A stretch of 62,726 nucleotides of DNA, filler included, from Squatina squatina (lineage: Eukaryota), in NCBI GenBank assembly GCA_031763465.1. It is 4 parts of 3 records of this genome, joined end to end, with 100 filler letters (N's around TTAATTAATTAA, not from the genome) between each part and the next. Parts side by side here need not be neighbours in the genome. Positions count along the whole stretch, not along the records: positions 14,043 to 28,152 come from JARFOE010000013.1; positions 28,253 to 41,477 come from JARFOE010000115.1; 2 more parts are not named here. The stretch is one strand, 5' to 3'. This document shows positions 24,086 to 38,700 of this stretch, piece by piece. The notes below the pieces were generated by a model. That model worked only from the letters and a program-made list of their open reading frames with translations. It was not told the DNA's origin and did not search any database. Position 1 is the first letter of the stretch. Every line of letters begins with the position of its first letter. Position numbers and translations under genes: made by a program.

Positions 24086-26929
24086 GTGTATTTAATGTTT
24101 TTGCCGTAATGTCGTAATCTTGCAACACAGTATATTGCATAAAACTTATAGACACCAGGTTGGAGAATGGAATGTTGTGAACAGGCACCGTCATGTATTT
24201 TAGGCATCAACTATTCCTTATTTGCATATTAGCTTCACATGTCTTTGCAATGTAGCTCAGCATGACTAAAACTAATACCTGTTCAAAAAAATGTGGAATG
24301 ACACAACCACAAAAGTAAGTGCAACACTAACATTCATAGTTTCAGGTTCAATGTGTATTCCTGGAATTTGAGAAAATTATATTGATAATAAGAGAGAGCT
24401 CAATACGTAGTGTATTTTAGCGAAATGGTGGCGTGAGTATGACCTGAGACTGCCACTACCATATCTTATGACTGAGTAATTTTCATTCAGTTATTGTGCT
24501 GTTTTTGATAGGGTATATAGGTGGCCAGAGCAACTGCTTGAAGTGGGCAGGAGCCTCACTGAAGTGTGCAGTACTGCAGAGACACTCGGCAGACAACATC
24601 ATCAAGTGAAAGCAATAATAAGCACCCAGATGTCAGCAGATGTCAGCCATAGTGCATTTGGTTACATATCTTCTCTCTTAATCTGCTACTCCTACATGGC
24701 ACTCCCAGTGGCTTCAGCATGGCAGATGGAAGGCTGCTGATATTCAGNNNNNNNNNNNNNNNNNNNNNNNNNNNNNNNNNNNNNNNNNNNNNNNNNNNNN
24801 NNNNNNNNNNNNNNNNNNNNNNNNNNNNNNNNNNNNNNNNNNNNNNNTTATCCACGGAAAGGACGAAATTCGCAGAAACGTTTTAGAAAAGCTGTACATG
24901 ATCATTCCCTCCATGCCTTGAGTTGCTATATTGACTATCCTGTCTTTAATAAAGGAAATATATTTTATTTCACTGCGAAGTACTTGCAAGTTTAATACCT
25001 TCAGAAATGGGTTTCACTCAATGTGAAGACTTGAAATGAAACCTGTAGCCTTATGACAATTTTGGTCCTCAGTTTTTCAACAGCAGTGCAGATTTAAAAC
25101 AAAACTCTAGCTGTAAATAGCTGCCATTACATACTGCGCAAGTACAGGAAATATATATTTTTTAAATACTCTATTTATTGTTAATATTTATTCCTTAATA
25201 TTACCATAGGATATTCAATGGTTCAAGTGAAAAATTCTAACATTCCCAATGATAAGATAATACAATTGGCAGATGTGGAGCTGGGATGTGAAGAAATATT
25301 ATGGTTTTGTTAGTTTTGTTCCCCTATTCCACCAGGCATGTAGGGATAAAATAGGACTTTTAAAATTTCCTATATAAAATGATTTGTTATTAACTGATCT
25401 GATTTTGACTGCTTCATCCTCAGTACATTTATTGCATCATCACTGTCTCCAAGTGAGCTATCAGTCATCCTATATGAATCAACACCTGCACTACAGACCA
25501 TTTCCTCAGATACTCAGAATTTCTAAATATTTTGATTAACATAACTTTTGAGTTTCAAAGATATCCAGCTCTCATTCTGCATTTTCCAATTCATGTAAAA
25601 CAAAAAGGGCCTTTTCTGTATGATTTATTTTTCCACCAACTGTTTTTGCATCAACAAAACAGATTGAACTGGTTTGTGCCAAAACATGTAAATGGTTGCT
25701 TTCTAGGGCATAGTCCAACTTTGTCATTTTAGTCTGGGAGCGACGAGTACCTGCCAGCATCACAAGGATAAAGGGAATTTTGATCAAAGGACAGCATCAG
25801 TATTATCTGTCTGGTGAAGTTTATGCGACTTGCAGAAGGTCTGCACCTTATAACAGTTAACTCATAGACTATAATGAAATGAATGTTGTTATGAAATGTA
25901 TTTTAAATTTCAGCACAGCTATTGTGTTTTATAGAGGAAGCAAATTACAGCTTTTAAAAATTAAGTGCACAAGGGTGTGAAATGTATGAACTACAGTCCT
26001 GAAGCACGAATTAAAATGAACATCAATCCATGTTCAGCTCTTGTGTACTGCACTGAATGTTTACTATTGGAACAGCAGATGTTAGATGGCATGCCTACAG
26101 TATATATTACACCAGAGGCGTAACTCAACACTGAAGCAGTAGTTGTTCTGTAGTAAAACTGGTCTTGATCCAGTGGAAGCAGTTGTCCAACAAGGAGATG
26201 ATTAAGCAAGTCATATTTATGAGACTGTTTTTATTTGCAGATTGTCATATTAGTGCCAAACTGCTTCTCGCTCAGCAATAATCTTTTGAAAGGCAGCAAT
26301 TATATTTCTGCAGCAAACTAAAACATATGCGATTGCATTTCTTTTACAAAATATATCAATGACTTAAACATCATGGGTGAGAAATTAAGCTCTGCAGCGG
26401 CTGTTTTATGGGCGCTACCAAAGGCCTCCTAAAGTTTGAAAATGGCATCCGTGATACACGTGCATACTTCTGATGGAAAGTGCGCAGAACACTATATTTG
26501 TAAACGCGCACGAGCACAAGCACGCACCTAACAACCAGGGGCAGCATGCANNNNNNNNNNNNNNNNNNNNNNNNNNNNNNNNNNNNNNNNNNNNNNNNNN
26601 NNNNNNNNNNNNNNNNNNNNNNNNNNNNNNNNNNNNNNNNNNNNNNNNNNAGTGCAAGAAAGTGATTTATCCCCAGGCGTTCCATTAATAACAGCATCTC
26701 ACACCTGGTAACTATCTCCTCAGACCCTGATTGATTGGAAATTCATCATTTGAGGTATCATGGGGCAGAATCCATTGTCTAAAGTTTAGTGAGATTGTAT
26801 GGTAGTTTACACCACCAGATTCATTTCTATCTCCTATGCTACGTAACACTTTAAAGTATTTTCCACAATTCACATGGTTACACATGTGCAAGTATAGGAC
26901 CAGAAAAAAACTATGCAGTCCACCTGGGG

Positions 26930-27890
26930 TCTGTCTATTTCCCTTTTCTAGCCTCATTACCTTGTGTTTGTCCATATTAAATGCCATTTGTCATTCACAA
27001 GCCCACCTTCACAACCTATCCAGATCCCTTTCTATTTGGTTTGCCTGTTTATTATTGTGTTCTCCCTCTCCATACACAATTTAGTGTCATCTGCAAACTT
27101 CAGTCGAATTTCTGTTCCCACCTCTAGAACCTTTTTACACAAGGTGAAGAGCAAGGATCCAGTATTGATGCTTAGGACATTGGTTAGTGCACTCATTGCC
27201 AGTTTGATGTGGCTCTATTAACAACCACCCTGTCCTTTCTCTGGTTTAGCCAATTTTCAATCAACAACAGAAGCTTGTCACCTGTCCCCTTTCAATCTTG
27301 TGGTCTAACTAGTTATGCGGTACCGTATCAGAAGATTAGCCAAAATCTAAATATATCACATCCACAGAATTCCCATTGTCAATAGGCCCAACATTTCATC
27401 AAAAATTGCAATAAGCTGTTGCAGCAAGGCTTCCCTCCCATAAATCCATGCTGACTCCCTCTTACCATACCATAGCTATTGTGGTGTTTCGCATTGCCTT
27501 CTACTACTTTACTGACAACAGATGTTCGGCTCTCTGGCCTGTAGTTCCTGGGTCATCTGTATGCCCCTTTCTTTTTTTAAAGATTGGTGTTACTTTTCAA
27601 TCCTTGGAAGCTACTCCTATTTCTAATGATTCCATAAAGGTCATTACAAGGATGTGACTGATCTTGCTAACCAGTTCTAAGTTTCTTTGTATCCAAGGCT
27701 TGTGCTATATTTTCTTTTGCCTTCCTTTAACTTTCTCAGTCTAGAAGTGACCTTCTTAACTGAAATTTCTATTTCTTCTAGTAATTTCCCAACACTCGGA
27801 AATTCAGCTTCCGAACTGGGTAGACTGCCCATGATTTTCACCATGAAGACAAAAATTTCCATCAATATATTTCCACTTAGTCACTTTATC
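26930..27890 (-). mobile_element. Old CR1 LINE ORF2 fragment
   Basis: Reverse complement carries RT motifs: tttagtgtcatctgcaaactt = KFADDTK; tccatattaaatgcc = MAFNMDK. Boundaries approximate. Confidence 0.7.
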
Positions 27891-28152
27891 CTTTAAGTGT
27901 ATGCATATATACGGTGAAGATTAGTCAATGCTAAACCACTCAATGCATTTAATATAACCACTAGAACTACAGATAGCCTTATGTGTGGTGAAAGAATGAA
28001 TGTAAAAATATATGCAGACGTTTCTGATGTCATCATGACCTGGCCAGCTGCCTCCAGACATTGATTTGAATTTCCTGCAAAATATACCACGCAAACCAGA
28101 AAACAGGCACAGCATTCATCATAATGCTTCACCGGAGAGTCCTTAACAAGCA

Positions 28153-28252
28153 NNNNNNNNNNNNNNNNNNNNNNNNNNNNNNNNNNNNNNNNNNNNTTAA
28201 TTAATTAANNNNNNNNNNNNNNNNNNNNNNNNNNNNNNNNNNNNNNNNNNNN
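28153..28252. other. Artificial assembly linker 44N-TTAATTAATTAA-44N
   Basis: TTAATTAATTAA at 28197-28208 in the same 100-nt layout. Confidence 0.95.
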
Positions 28253-28808
28253 TCATACATCATTTTCGTATGGTGTAGAGAGGCCTCTGTGGCAATTGTG
28301 TATATTAATAAAATAATTGCTACTTCAATTTTCCTAAGACTACAACATTTTGTACCAAAAAATCTTATCTGGTGAGCCTAAATTTTCTTTTTGCTGTTAT
28401 TGCTTTTTCTTCCTTGGTAATGAAGTTCAAAATGTGTACACCCTTTGAGAGTGATGTTTTGTTAGCCTTGCCTGGGGCACCTGGAATGAAGCAAACATTG
28501 AAGGGGGCAGTGTAGTTGTTTATCTTGTACTGTTTGAAGCTATCTTCTGGTGCAAAGAGCAACATTAACTTCATGTAGAGATTTTCAGCTGTAAGATCTA
28601 TTGTGTTGTACTCGGTTTGGGTCATTTTGTTCTATCATGTTTGCAAATGTTCTTTGAAGAACTATTGGAATATTTATGAGGAATAACTGAATAATACATG
28701 ACTTAAAATCTAGGAGGGAATGTTAATCTAACATGGCCTTTATTAAGCTGCCTCTTTTTAAACATTTCTCCTATTCAATGATGTCATCCATTTTTATGTT
28801 ATTGACAG

Positions 28809-28967
28809 GATGAGGAACATGCATCAAGCAATTCATTGCATTTCGTCAGCCAATTTAAAAAACAAATTGAATCTGATGACCCATCAGTGAATACAAAGCA
28901 GCTTCTGAAGAAACCGTTTTCAGTAAGAAAATCTTCATCTCAAATGGGCACACAACAAAATGCTGAG
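28809..28967 (+). CDS. Candidate symmetric internal exon of an unidentified gene
   Basis: Acceptor tttttatgttattgacag, donor gag|gtaggt, 159 nt open in phase 0/0. Encodes [53 protein letters not shown]. No recognised homologue. Confidence 0.35.
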
Positions 28968-29979
28968 GTAGGTTATTATTTGAACTCAGAAGAGGATTTT
29001 ATGAAGGAAAGCCCACAATTCAACTTGGTGCATATTTGCTTGCCTATTAGTCAAACCCAGTCAGCATCAAGTTTTATAACTGATGCAAATGACTGCTTGG
29101 TTGTTTATTTCCAACAACATGCATGTCAACCTAGGAAACTAACAAAAGTTGATTAACGGTTTCAAAAAGGCACACTGCTCAACTGAGCACCAACAAGAAT
29201 TCCAATGGAAGTGCAGTGGGACAATGGCATATAACTTGAACTGTTTGCAAAAGCAACATTCCTTCATTTTTTTTGTTGAAGGAAATAGAAACATAAGTAT
29301 CTGAAAGGTGATACAAACATAGAAGGGCCAAGATTTATTTTCTGTTGGGGAGGGCAGGAGTATTTACCCTCCAGAAAATGTTCGTTTTTGACAAATTATT
29401 TGGTTATTTTCCAGCATTTTAGAGCTTACATGGGCATTGTTAAGTTTCATTTAAAAAGGAACTTTTGTACAATCTTATTGAAAATAACTCTTGACATTTG
29501 GGAATTAATTATCTATCTTTATATTTTAAAATATCTTTCATCCAGTAGCAGCAGTAAATCTTCTGCTGTGAGAAATTATGTTTTAATCCATTTTCTGTGA
29601 GTAGGGTATTTGAGCTCAGTCTTATTAACTATGGTCTAATTTCAGTTGGGGTGGTAGGCAGCACATTTATAAATTTTAGTCCTTGTAGGGAGACATGCTC
29701 CCCTAGAAAAAGTTCATGCTTTACTCCGAATTGGTGCATTCATGTTAATTTTAAATCCTTTTTATACTGTACAATTCTTGGGTTTTATGATTAAAATAAA
29801 ATGTTGGGTTGTTAATAGAACTGCCAGACGTAGCCTTCACAATAGTCATGTTAAAGGCTACTCTTTCTCTCTTTCCTCCNNNNNNNNNNNNNNNNNNNNN
29901 NNNNNNNNNNNNNNNNNNNNNNNNNNNNNNNNNNNNNNNNNNNNNNNNNNNNNNNNNNNNNNNNNNNNNNNNNNNNNNN

Positions 29980-30390
29980 TACAAGAGGATTTGAGTACAG
30001 GAGTAAAGATGTCTTACTGCAATTATATAGGGCCTTGGTGAGACCGCACCTGGAGTTTTGTGTACAGTTTTGGTCTCCTTACCTAAGAAAGGATATACTT
30101 GCCATAGAGGGAGTGCAACAAAGATTCACCAAACTGATTCCTGGATGGCGGGATTGTCGTATGAGTAGTGATTGAGTAAACTTGGCCTATATTTTGTAGA
30201 GTTTAGAAGAATGAGCGGCCTTCTCATTGAAACATACAAAATTCTTACAGGGGTAGATGCAGGGAGGAGGCTTCTCCTGGCTGGAGAGTCTAGAACCAGG
30301 GGTCACAGGCTCAGAATAAGGGGTAGACCATTCAGGACTGAGATGAGGAGAAATGTCTTCACTCAGAGGGTAGCGAATCTTTGGAATTCT
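29980..30390 (+). mobile_element. CR1 LINE ORF2 C-terminal fragment
   Basis: Translations ALVRPHLEFCVQFWSPYLRKD and LIETYKILTGVDAGRR..LAGESRTRGHRLRIRGRPFRTEMRRNVFTQRVANLWNS. Confidence 0.9.
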
Positions 30391-32245
30391 TCAACCAGCT
30401 TTACTTCTAACTATATCCGTGACCCTTTCTCCTTGGTACAACTCTCATGCTCTGCTACTCTTTGCTGCCCTGTTGCCACTTGGTCCTATCACGTCTTTTA
30501 TATCCTGTTATCACTGTTGCCTCATCTCCATCCTCTATCCTTTCCTATCCCAACTCCGTCATTTCCATCTAGCTTTCTCCATTTTGTGCTCCCCATTGCC
30601 TTACCCCCAGGCCCATACTCTACCCTTACTCCATATTACACCAGCCCCTTCAGCTCCCATTGCTTCTTTCCTCTCGCCCTATTTCCTACAACCTCTGGTG
30701 GCAGGAGACCTAGCTGGGATATGTTTGGGGTCACAGCAGCATCATCTAGTATCAGCAGGGTTAAAGATAAGATTAATTGTAAGTATGCTTACTGTTAAAA
30801 GTAATACCTAAGTGTGATATATTTGTGACTTCGGAAGTAAATGTGCCAAACAGTAAATGCACAACAGACATAAGACTCTAATATATTACTAGTGGATCTC
30901 CTGTCACATTGTTGGCAGAAAGTTGGAGGAAACATTGTTTCATAAGGAAGTGGATATAGTGCTGGTAAGTGAGAGGACAGTGGTGTTTGGGAGGTTGTGT
31001 TGGTCTTGGATATGGAGAGCCAGTGAGATAGCAGGACCTGAGGGAAAGCTCAGAGGAGTGGAAAAAGAGAGAGATTTGAAAATGGACAACCCATCTCATT
31101 TATCTTGGAGCTCATTTATTTAATTAATTCATTTATGGCTGTCTCTATTCCTGGAGGTTTACTTTCCTGTATTCAGCCCTTGTTTAGTAAAGTAATTAAT
31201 TCTTGCTGACCCACTTTTCTCAAAAAGCCTGATGCATTTATTTGGGGCATATTTATTTAATTGGCAGCTGTCCAACTTGCCCAAATCCTAATTTGATGGT
31301 TAGCCACATTTATTGAATTAATTTGTGGCTGTGCAGCTCCCCCAAAGGCTGCCTTCATTTGTTGAGGGTATATTTTATTGATTCATTCATTAATTAGTGG
31401 TTGACCCCAAAATTAAAATAATTGAAGCATTACAAAATACTTTAGTTACAAGAGAGCTGATTGATGACACAACTGTGATGTACCTTAGAAGTGCAACAGT
31501 GCCATTTAGCATTGAGCAGACTGAAGGGTAAGCTTAATGGTAAGTATGAGTGGTTTAGCTTACTAGTTTTAAGGAGGACAACAACATAGCATAAGTATGA
31601 CAACAGGCAGTGAGCACAGGTGCAACATTTTATTATATTACAGGTAGATTATATTCTTAGACTGAGGAGCCAAAATGCCCAGAGCCAACATCTTCATGTA
31701 AGTGCTTGTGATTTGCCAATCAGCACCTCTAATCTATCTATCCAAAGAGAACCACAGCACGAAATCTAGCCCTAGTAATTTTATCATGATGCAAACATGT
31801 TCTTGGTGTCCAAAATGATTAGTGCAGGTTTTGCATTGAAATGTATGGGTTTTTCATCTATAGTTATTTCTAGTTCTTTCTTAGCCCCTCTGAACACCTT
31901 TTAGCTTGATTCTGTGTGATCTTGTATACATGGTAGCGTCCCCTTCTCCCTGTAGAATATCTGTTTCATTTTTAACTTGTTATTATGTTTAGGGTCATGC
32001 TTGTTTAGTCTGAGCTTGCTCATCTTGGGTATATACTAGTCCTGCAAGTTCAGCATTATTCTATTACAGGTGTGTTCCACTTGACTTCTTTCAAAATGTT
32101 AACAAACATCCTCCTCCAATCCATTTGTTCCAATTAGTTCCTCNNNNNNNNNNNNNNNNNNNNNNNNNNNNNNNNNNNNNNNNNNNNNNNNNNNNNNNNN
32201 NNNNNNNNNNNNNNNNNNNNNNNNNNNNNNNNNNNNNNNNNNNGT

Positions 32246-32418
32246 GCTGGGGATGGGCTTCGCAGCCTCAGCGTTGGATCTGTCCAGAAGTTTCTGGACA
32301 GATTGCAAATGCCGGTTATGTGGGCTTACGATGTACAGCCCCATAACCGGCTTTTGCGATGTCTCCCCGGGTGTGTGGGAACATCGCTCCCACCCGGGGA
32401 GATCGCAATTTCAGGCCC
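32246..32418. repeat. Cluster of four consecutive hairpins ending in a transposon-like terminus
   Basis: atctgtccagaa/ttctggacagat (32278-32303, perfect 12 bp). gccggttatg(t)gggct/agccccataaccggc (32311-32351). ttgcgat..tctccccgggtg/cacccggggagatcgcaa (32354-32408). A weaker stem at 32246-32272. Ends gcaatttcaggccc. Confidence 0.7.
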
Positions 32419-34057
32419 ATAATCTTGTCTCTGAGATGTGCTGCTATTTTTGAAGATGCTCCTGATTTATTCTGTGAACATACACATAGTGATTTGCTAC
32501 TGTTTTCTATTTCACTTTTTTTTTTGTCAAGGGAATGTGGTGACATGTGATTTGACAAGCAATAATTATATATGATCAAATTTGACAAGCTGTGTTATCG
32601 GAGTTCATTTTACTGACTGATGCAAAATAATATAGATTCTGTACCTCATCATATATATCTCGACAAGTCTGTCTGTTGGCTTACTATTCCTCATTGGTAA
32701 AGTCAATATTTTTCTCCTTTCTAATGGGTTGTTTTCAGTTTTCTTACTTAGGAGTTATATTACGTAAAGGTTTGCTCCCTAACACAGTCCACCCAAAAAT
32801 TTGATTTACATTTCAGTAAATAAAAGTCTGAGCTTCCTCCACCATGACAGTTCCTTATCCACTTCACCATGTGCTCTGAAAAGTAAAATGTAATGTATGA
32901 GAAGCACATAAAAACATCCCCATCCCTTGCAGAAACAATATTCTGCCTTCAGCCATTTGTGTCATTTCCTCAGGGTTTCCATGGGAATATGCTCTCCAGT
33001 GAATAATGGACATTTTGTTGATCCCAATGTTACCATAATTATTTTCTATCAGACAGGGAATTTTGGAGCTGTCAAAATTCTGACTAAACCATTACAGCTA
33101 GAACCCTAGCTGCACAGCTACGATTTTTGTATAATTGTAATTAAAACAAGACAACAAAATCAGTCATTTTGATATCTACCCGCAAGTGAATGTTTTAAAT
33201 TACACAAAATGCTTGTAATAAATTGTCATCTAATGAAATAATGTACAGTCATATACAATGTATGTGACTGTCAACTTGAAAACCCTTTTATATTCTGAGG
33301 AGCTTATCTCTAGAATCCATAATGACATTCAGACAAAGGACATCAAGGGACTGGTGTTCTTTCAGGTCAAACAGCTAGAGTATTCTCTATAATAATGATC
33401 CTTGGAAACTAGATGTAAATTTTGCACCAGGCACATTACAAAATGGCTTATGATTCAAAATATTCCTCAGCTGAATATTATAACACTTGTGCTTACTTGA
33501 AATTCCATCTGCATTGGCAGGAGAGCAATGTGCAAATGGTGTGCTGCCTTAATCCTTTTCAGTTTTTCATTTATTGCGTTGAACTCTTAACAAGAGAGGA
33601 AGAGTGACAGAGACATTATGTAACCATATACAGCAATAGTGTATGTTTTTATCTGACTGCATACTTCAATGTTCCCATTTTGACATTCTCTTTTAACTAC
33701 AAATTTACTGTGATGGTGAAAATGTCAGTAATTTTCTGTACTTCTGAAACTGTTCATCTTTGTCTTGTTATAATGTATTGTCGTTTGAAACAGAAATATT
33801 TTCAGGTAAATCTCCAGCATCTATATTTATAAAATTGCAGCATCATTTTAAACGCATCTGTGATATAAATACCGTCCAATTAATTGCAAGGAAAAGCATC
33901 CCAGATACTCGTGTCATTCAACATAGTCTGTTGTCACTTAAAACATATCTTCGGAGTGCAATGCAGCAGAAGACTAGTTGGTTATGTGCAGACATTATTC
34001 TTAGGAACTACAGGTCTGCCATTCTTCAAGTAGTGAAATATGATTAAAAAAATAGAA

Positions 34058-34257
34058 AAAGACTTGCATTATTTTATAGCGCCTTTCACGACCACTGGAC
34101 ATACCAACCGCTTTACAGCCAAAGAAGTGCTTTTTGAACTGTAGTCACTATTGTAATATATGAAACTTGGCAACCAATTTGGGCACAGCAAGCACCCTCA
34201 AACAGCAATGTGATAATCACCAGATAATCTTTTTTTAGTGATGTTGATTGAGGGATA
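34058..34257 (-). mobile_element. Deu-domain SINE 3' part, cut by a gap
   Basis: aaagacttgcattattttatagcgcctttcacgacc...caaccaatttgggcacagcaag, same family as 16322-16625. Confidence 0.65.
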
Positions 34258-35634
34258 NNNNNNNNNNNNNNNNNNNNNNNNNNNNNNNNNNNNNNNNNNN
34301 NNNNNNNNNNNNNNNNNNNNNNNNNNNNNNNNNNNNNNNNNNNNNNNNNNNNNNNNNGTATATTTTTCTTTAATATTGATTTATGACCTTATTTGTACTG
34401 ACTGCTGTGCTACCTCAGCGTTCTGACTGAGATTGTGGAGGAGCTATAGAGATTACATTTCACACAAAATGAGTATCCTCTATTGATGTTAATTCTTAAG
34501 TCTGAAATGCAAGTTCAGCTTTATTGTTTCTTGTCAAAAACTGTAGCCCGGATAGTTACATTTTTTGCGTGACAATGTAATCCTAACATTATTCTCATTC
34601 CAAAAATATTCATGTTGAGTATGCTGGGATGGTTATGTACTGGTATGGATTCTGCCATGTTTATTTATTACAGAGACTGGTTTTCAATTTGGAAGTAGCA
34701 CTCTTTAGTTGTACCCAGCTATTGTAAATTCCAGGTTTATCCTGGCATCACTTGAGACTATAATGGTGGTTTATAAGAGATAAAGATCAGATAGCACTGA
34801 ATAGAAATGTTTGAAGATGCTTCTGCAGCACACATTTATTCATACTTGAATTCTTTTCATAAGCATTCACAGTTGCCATGTATTTAGTGCCTTCTTCAGC
34901 TTTCGTTTAATAAAGCAGAAACATCTTTCATTTATAGCCTTCGGCATCAATGCATCCACAATTCAATTGAAATCACATCTCAATTCCTTTTTAAGAAGCG
35001 GTGTTTCAATTTTGATGTTAAAAGGTTTTGTAACTTGCACTTTTATTAGTGTACCTGAAAAACTTACTTTGTATGAAACAAAGTTTGGACCGATAGATTA
35101 AATTTTTTTCGCTAAAATTAGTACTGGATTCATTTTATCATGGCTTGAGGCTTCACATGTTTCTGTGACTCAAACAATAAGTAATAATATGACTTGTAGA
35201 TCAACCACTGATATTTGCTATAGTCAGTGTAAATTCTCCAGACTCTGTAACACTTTAGCCCAAAGAAACCCAGCTTCACCCAATGTGTTGATGTGTTTTT
35301 AGAAGCAGCTACTGTGGCCATCTTTTCATTGAAGTAATTATTAATGCAATAGCAGAGTAGCACACTTATTGTCATCTCACCTTATTATTACTTCCCATTT
35401 ATTGCAGTTATTTTCAGAATTATTTTTTCAGTTAAGCAGGATTTTGCTGTTTTGTGCAGAAGGNNNNNNNNNNACAATGTGAGCTAAGTGATGTGAACTA
35501 ACACTCAAATTGCTTCACACTGAAAGATTTGCAAGATTTTCAGCAAGGTCAATACTTTGAAACTGATATTTAAATTAGATCTAGATTAAATATGTTGTGC
35601 TAAGATATGAAAGGGTATCTACTGTAACCCGATC

Positions 35635-35782
35635 AGGGTGAAATTGGTCTTGAGTGGTTGCGCAAATATGGACCATAGTGAATTGGCAACCTGATTTTCT
35701 TTTTCATTTAAATCAATAGAAAATAAATCGGCCAATTCACTATTGCCTGCTTTACGCTGACGCCTACAACCAATTCATTCCT
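35635..35782. mobile_element. ~150 bp palindromic MITE
   Basis: Ends agggtgaaattggt / accaattcattcct, with a perfect internal 13-bp inverted repeat atagtgaattggc / gccaattcactat. Confidence 0.55.
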
Positions 35783-38700
35783 TAATGCACAACAATTACT
35801 TTTGTCTTTATTCCACAAAGTTTCTAAAAAAGAAAATAGTGCCTTCTTCATCAATCTTTCATTAAAACATTCTGGATGACACGGAGGACACTTGTGTTTC
35901 TAAATAATAATTTCATACCTACACAGCAAAATCANNNNNNNNNNNNNNNNNNNNNNNNNNNNNNNNNNNNNNNNNNNNNNNNNNNNNNNNNNNNNNNNNN
36001 NNNNNNNNNNNNNNNNNNNNNNNNNNNNNNNNNNCCATTTTGTGTGACAAGACTCCATTTTAAAAACCCAGGTTATTGTCCATTCAGCCTCAATTTGGGC
36101 ACAATTCTACAATCTCATAATGAAATATGAAAGGAGTGAATCTTGTTTGAGCCACTAAAGGTATGTCAATAGAAATGTTCAGTGCGTCAAATGCCAGTGA
36201 CTGGAGTTACACAACTCTTAACTCAACATTAACACAAAGAATATCAATGTATGAGCTACGTCTCCTTGAGTCCCTTTTTAGGCATTTAGCTCTGTGATAG
36301 GTTTGTTGTCCAGATAACATATTGCTAGTGGCAAATTGTCCAGTTATTCTACAGACCAAATTCTTCATTCAGTGAAAGTCTGGGATTTTTTCCAAATGTT
36401 GACCAATCAATAACAACTCCATTGTGAACGATGTATATTTTAGTTTATAAATAATCAAATTGAAAAGATATAACCTTGTTGGAAGGTTCAGAACCTTTTA
36501 TTTCAAATTCAAGCAAGGGCAATTAGATATTAGAACACGTGATGATATATGTCCCAGTTAATGGCCCATAGATTAAAATAGATTGAGTGGACTTTGATAC
36601 AGTAGATGAAGTAATAATAATGATGATCTGGAATTCACCATAGGTTAGGCTACTGTGTTTCCCAATCCTCCAGTGGTTAATTCAAGCCAACATTTGCTGG
36701 AGAATTGATTAGAAAATACCACAGAATAGCGGCAAATCTGAAGCAGCGCAGCCAATGTATTGATCTCCCCGCCACTTTAGACTTTCCTTTTAGTGGTATA
36801 GTGAAATACAGTCATATCGCTCTGCATCGTACTCCCATTTTAAATCTGTACTCTAACAAACATAACACACTAAGCATTCCATTAATAAGACAGCTTTGCA
36901 AGTTGTTTTAAAGCCTGGGTGTGTGTGCTTACATATTGTGTGAGAAAGAGAGAGAGAAGGAAAAGGAGATAGGCTTTGAAATCAGTACTGCTCTTTTGAA
37001 CATTTCATTTTTGTTATTAGCATTCAGGACGCTCAAGTGCTTTCATGGAAGGTTGGAAAGGCAATGAATCGCACTGGCACAGTCATGTCTCATGTAATCG
37101 CAAGCAGCATTAAAATCAGTACTGGTGGAAAGGTATCAAGCAATCAGAACTATAAATGATTAAAACCCTATTAAAAGGGTGAAGCTCCANNNNNNNNNNG
37201 CTAACAATTTCATTAAAGGCAGTGATTGTAAACTAACAGTGCATCAGGTCAGTCCCAATAACTGTTACAATCATATTTGTTTTTTTTTGATTTTCAGAAG
37301 TTCTTGGCTGGGCTAGTACCTCAATTGCTGATTAATGCAAACAATCACTTAATAGTGTGGACTTTTAATTTCAGGTAGCTCCCTCTGCTCAGTGGGTCGT
37401 GTAGCAAATTGCTCTCTTTAAGTGCAGGGTTTTCAAGGGCCGCTAGCATAAAAATGACTGCCTGTGATCAAGGTTGTGCTTGGATTCATGGAGTCAGAAG
37501 CTGTGAACATATCCCATAGAGGATAAGGTTGATTCCAAAGTTGACAGCTTTGTATTGATTAAGGTGGAATTTCGAATTGCTCAGATCGTTTCACAGTAAT
37601 GTTCATTACACACTAATTTGGGTCAATAAGGAGTTCATGTACGGCCTGTGCTGAGCTCCGCAAAGACTACAAAACCAGATGTTTCCTCAAATACAAGTCC
37701 ATAAATCACACTGCTGCCAGGTTTCCAATGCCAATATTTTTCAGTTATTTTGCAGCATAAAGAATGACTTACATGTAACAAATTTGCAATCGCCATTGGA
37801 TTTTTACGGGGTTGGGGCTATTCTAGTGAAGATTAATGCCACAAAAGTTCCGGCACATTATGGCATAGCGCAAGCAATGACATAAGTCACTCATACCATA
37901 ATTTCCTGGAATTTCTGCACCATAATAATGGCATACATAATAGCTGCAGCATTACTATAGTTGAAGTTTTCAGCAAATTCAGACCTAAAATGTCAGTCAT
38001 TTCTTATCAAAACACACTTTGTATGCTCTGGTGGCTGGATATGTTTTTATGGCTAACTTATTGGAAATGAAAGAAATTTACTTAGTTCACTTCTTGAAAA
38101 TTGTCCTTCAAGTAGAGGGATTACCATACCTTTTAGTCATCATTGGATATAAACAAGTTGACAGTTCCAAGGGCAGTGCAGCATTTCTGCCTGAGATGAA
38201 GCTGCTTTAGTTTTTGATTGACAGTATAACTTTGAACTGTGTTACCAAAGTGGATGTAAAAGTTGTGCCAGAGATACCATGCAGCATTGCAAATGTTCTT
38301 TAAGTTTAACACTAGGGATGGAGATTTCCTCTGCGCACTAGTTGTAGTGAAATTGTAATTTGTTTTTTATAAACAGATAGCCTGGAATTGTTTGGAATTT
38401 TCTTTAGACACAGAAATAATTGTATTTTGGATCCAAAACATGGTGCATTTGTTACCTTGACCTGGGAGCGCAGCACTTCCGAACAATGCAGTCAGAACAA
38501 CGTGAACAGAATCTGCTTGTGTTTGCTACAGGACCTTGCAGCCTCTTTTTAAATTCAGTTCACGATCCCTAATGTCTCACTTTTTGCTTTCCAATGTTTT
38601 CCTCTCTTGCTGAAGGGCCCGAGTCTGACTGGGAAAGGTTTCAGAGGTGGCAGAAGCCTCAACCAGCAATTTTCAGGTGCGGGCTTAGGCAGCCAGAGAG

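Noticed and set aside
30172-30811. 208-aa and 130-aa ORFs
   Set aside because: A CR1 fragment fused to pyrimidine-rich low-complexity sequence.
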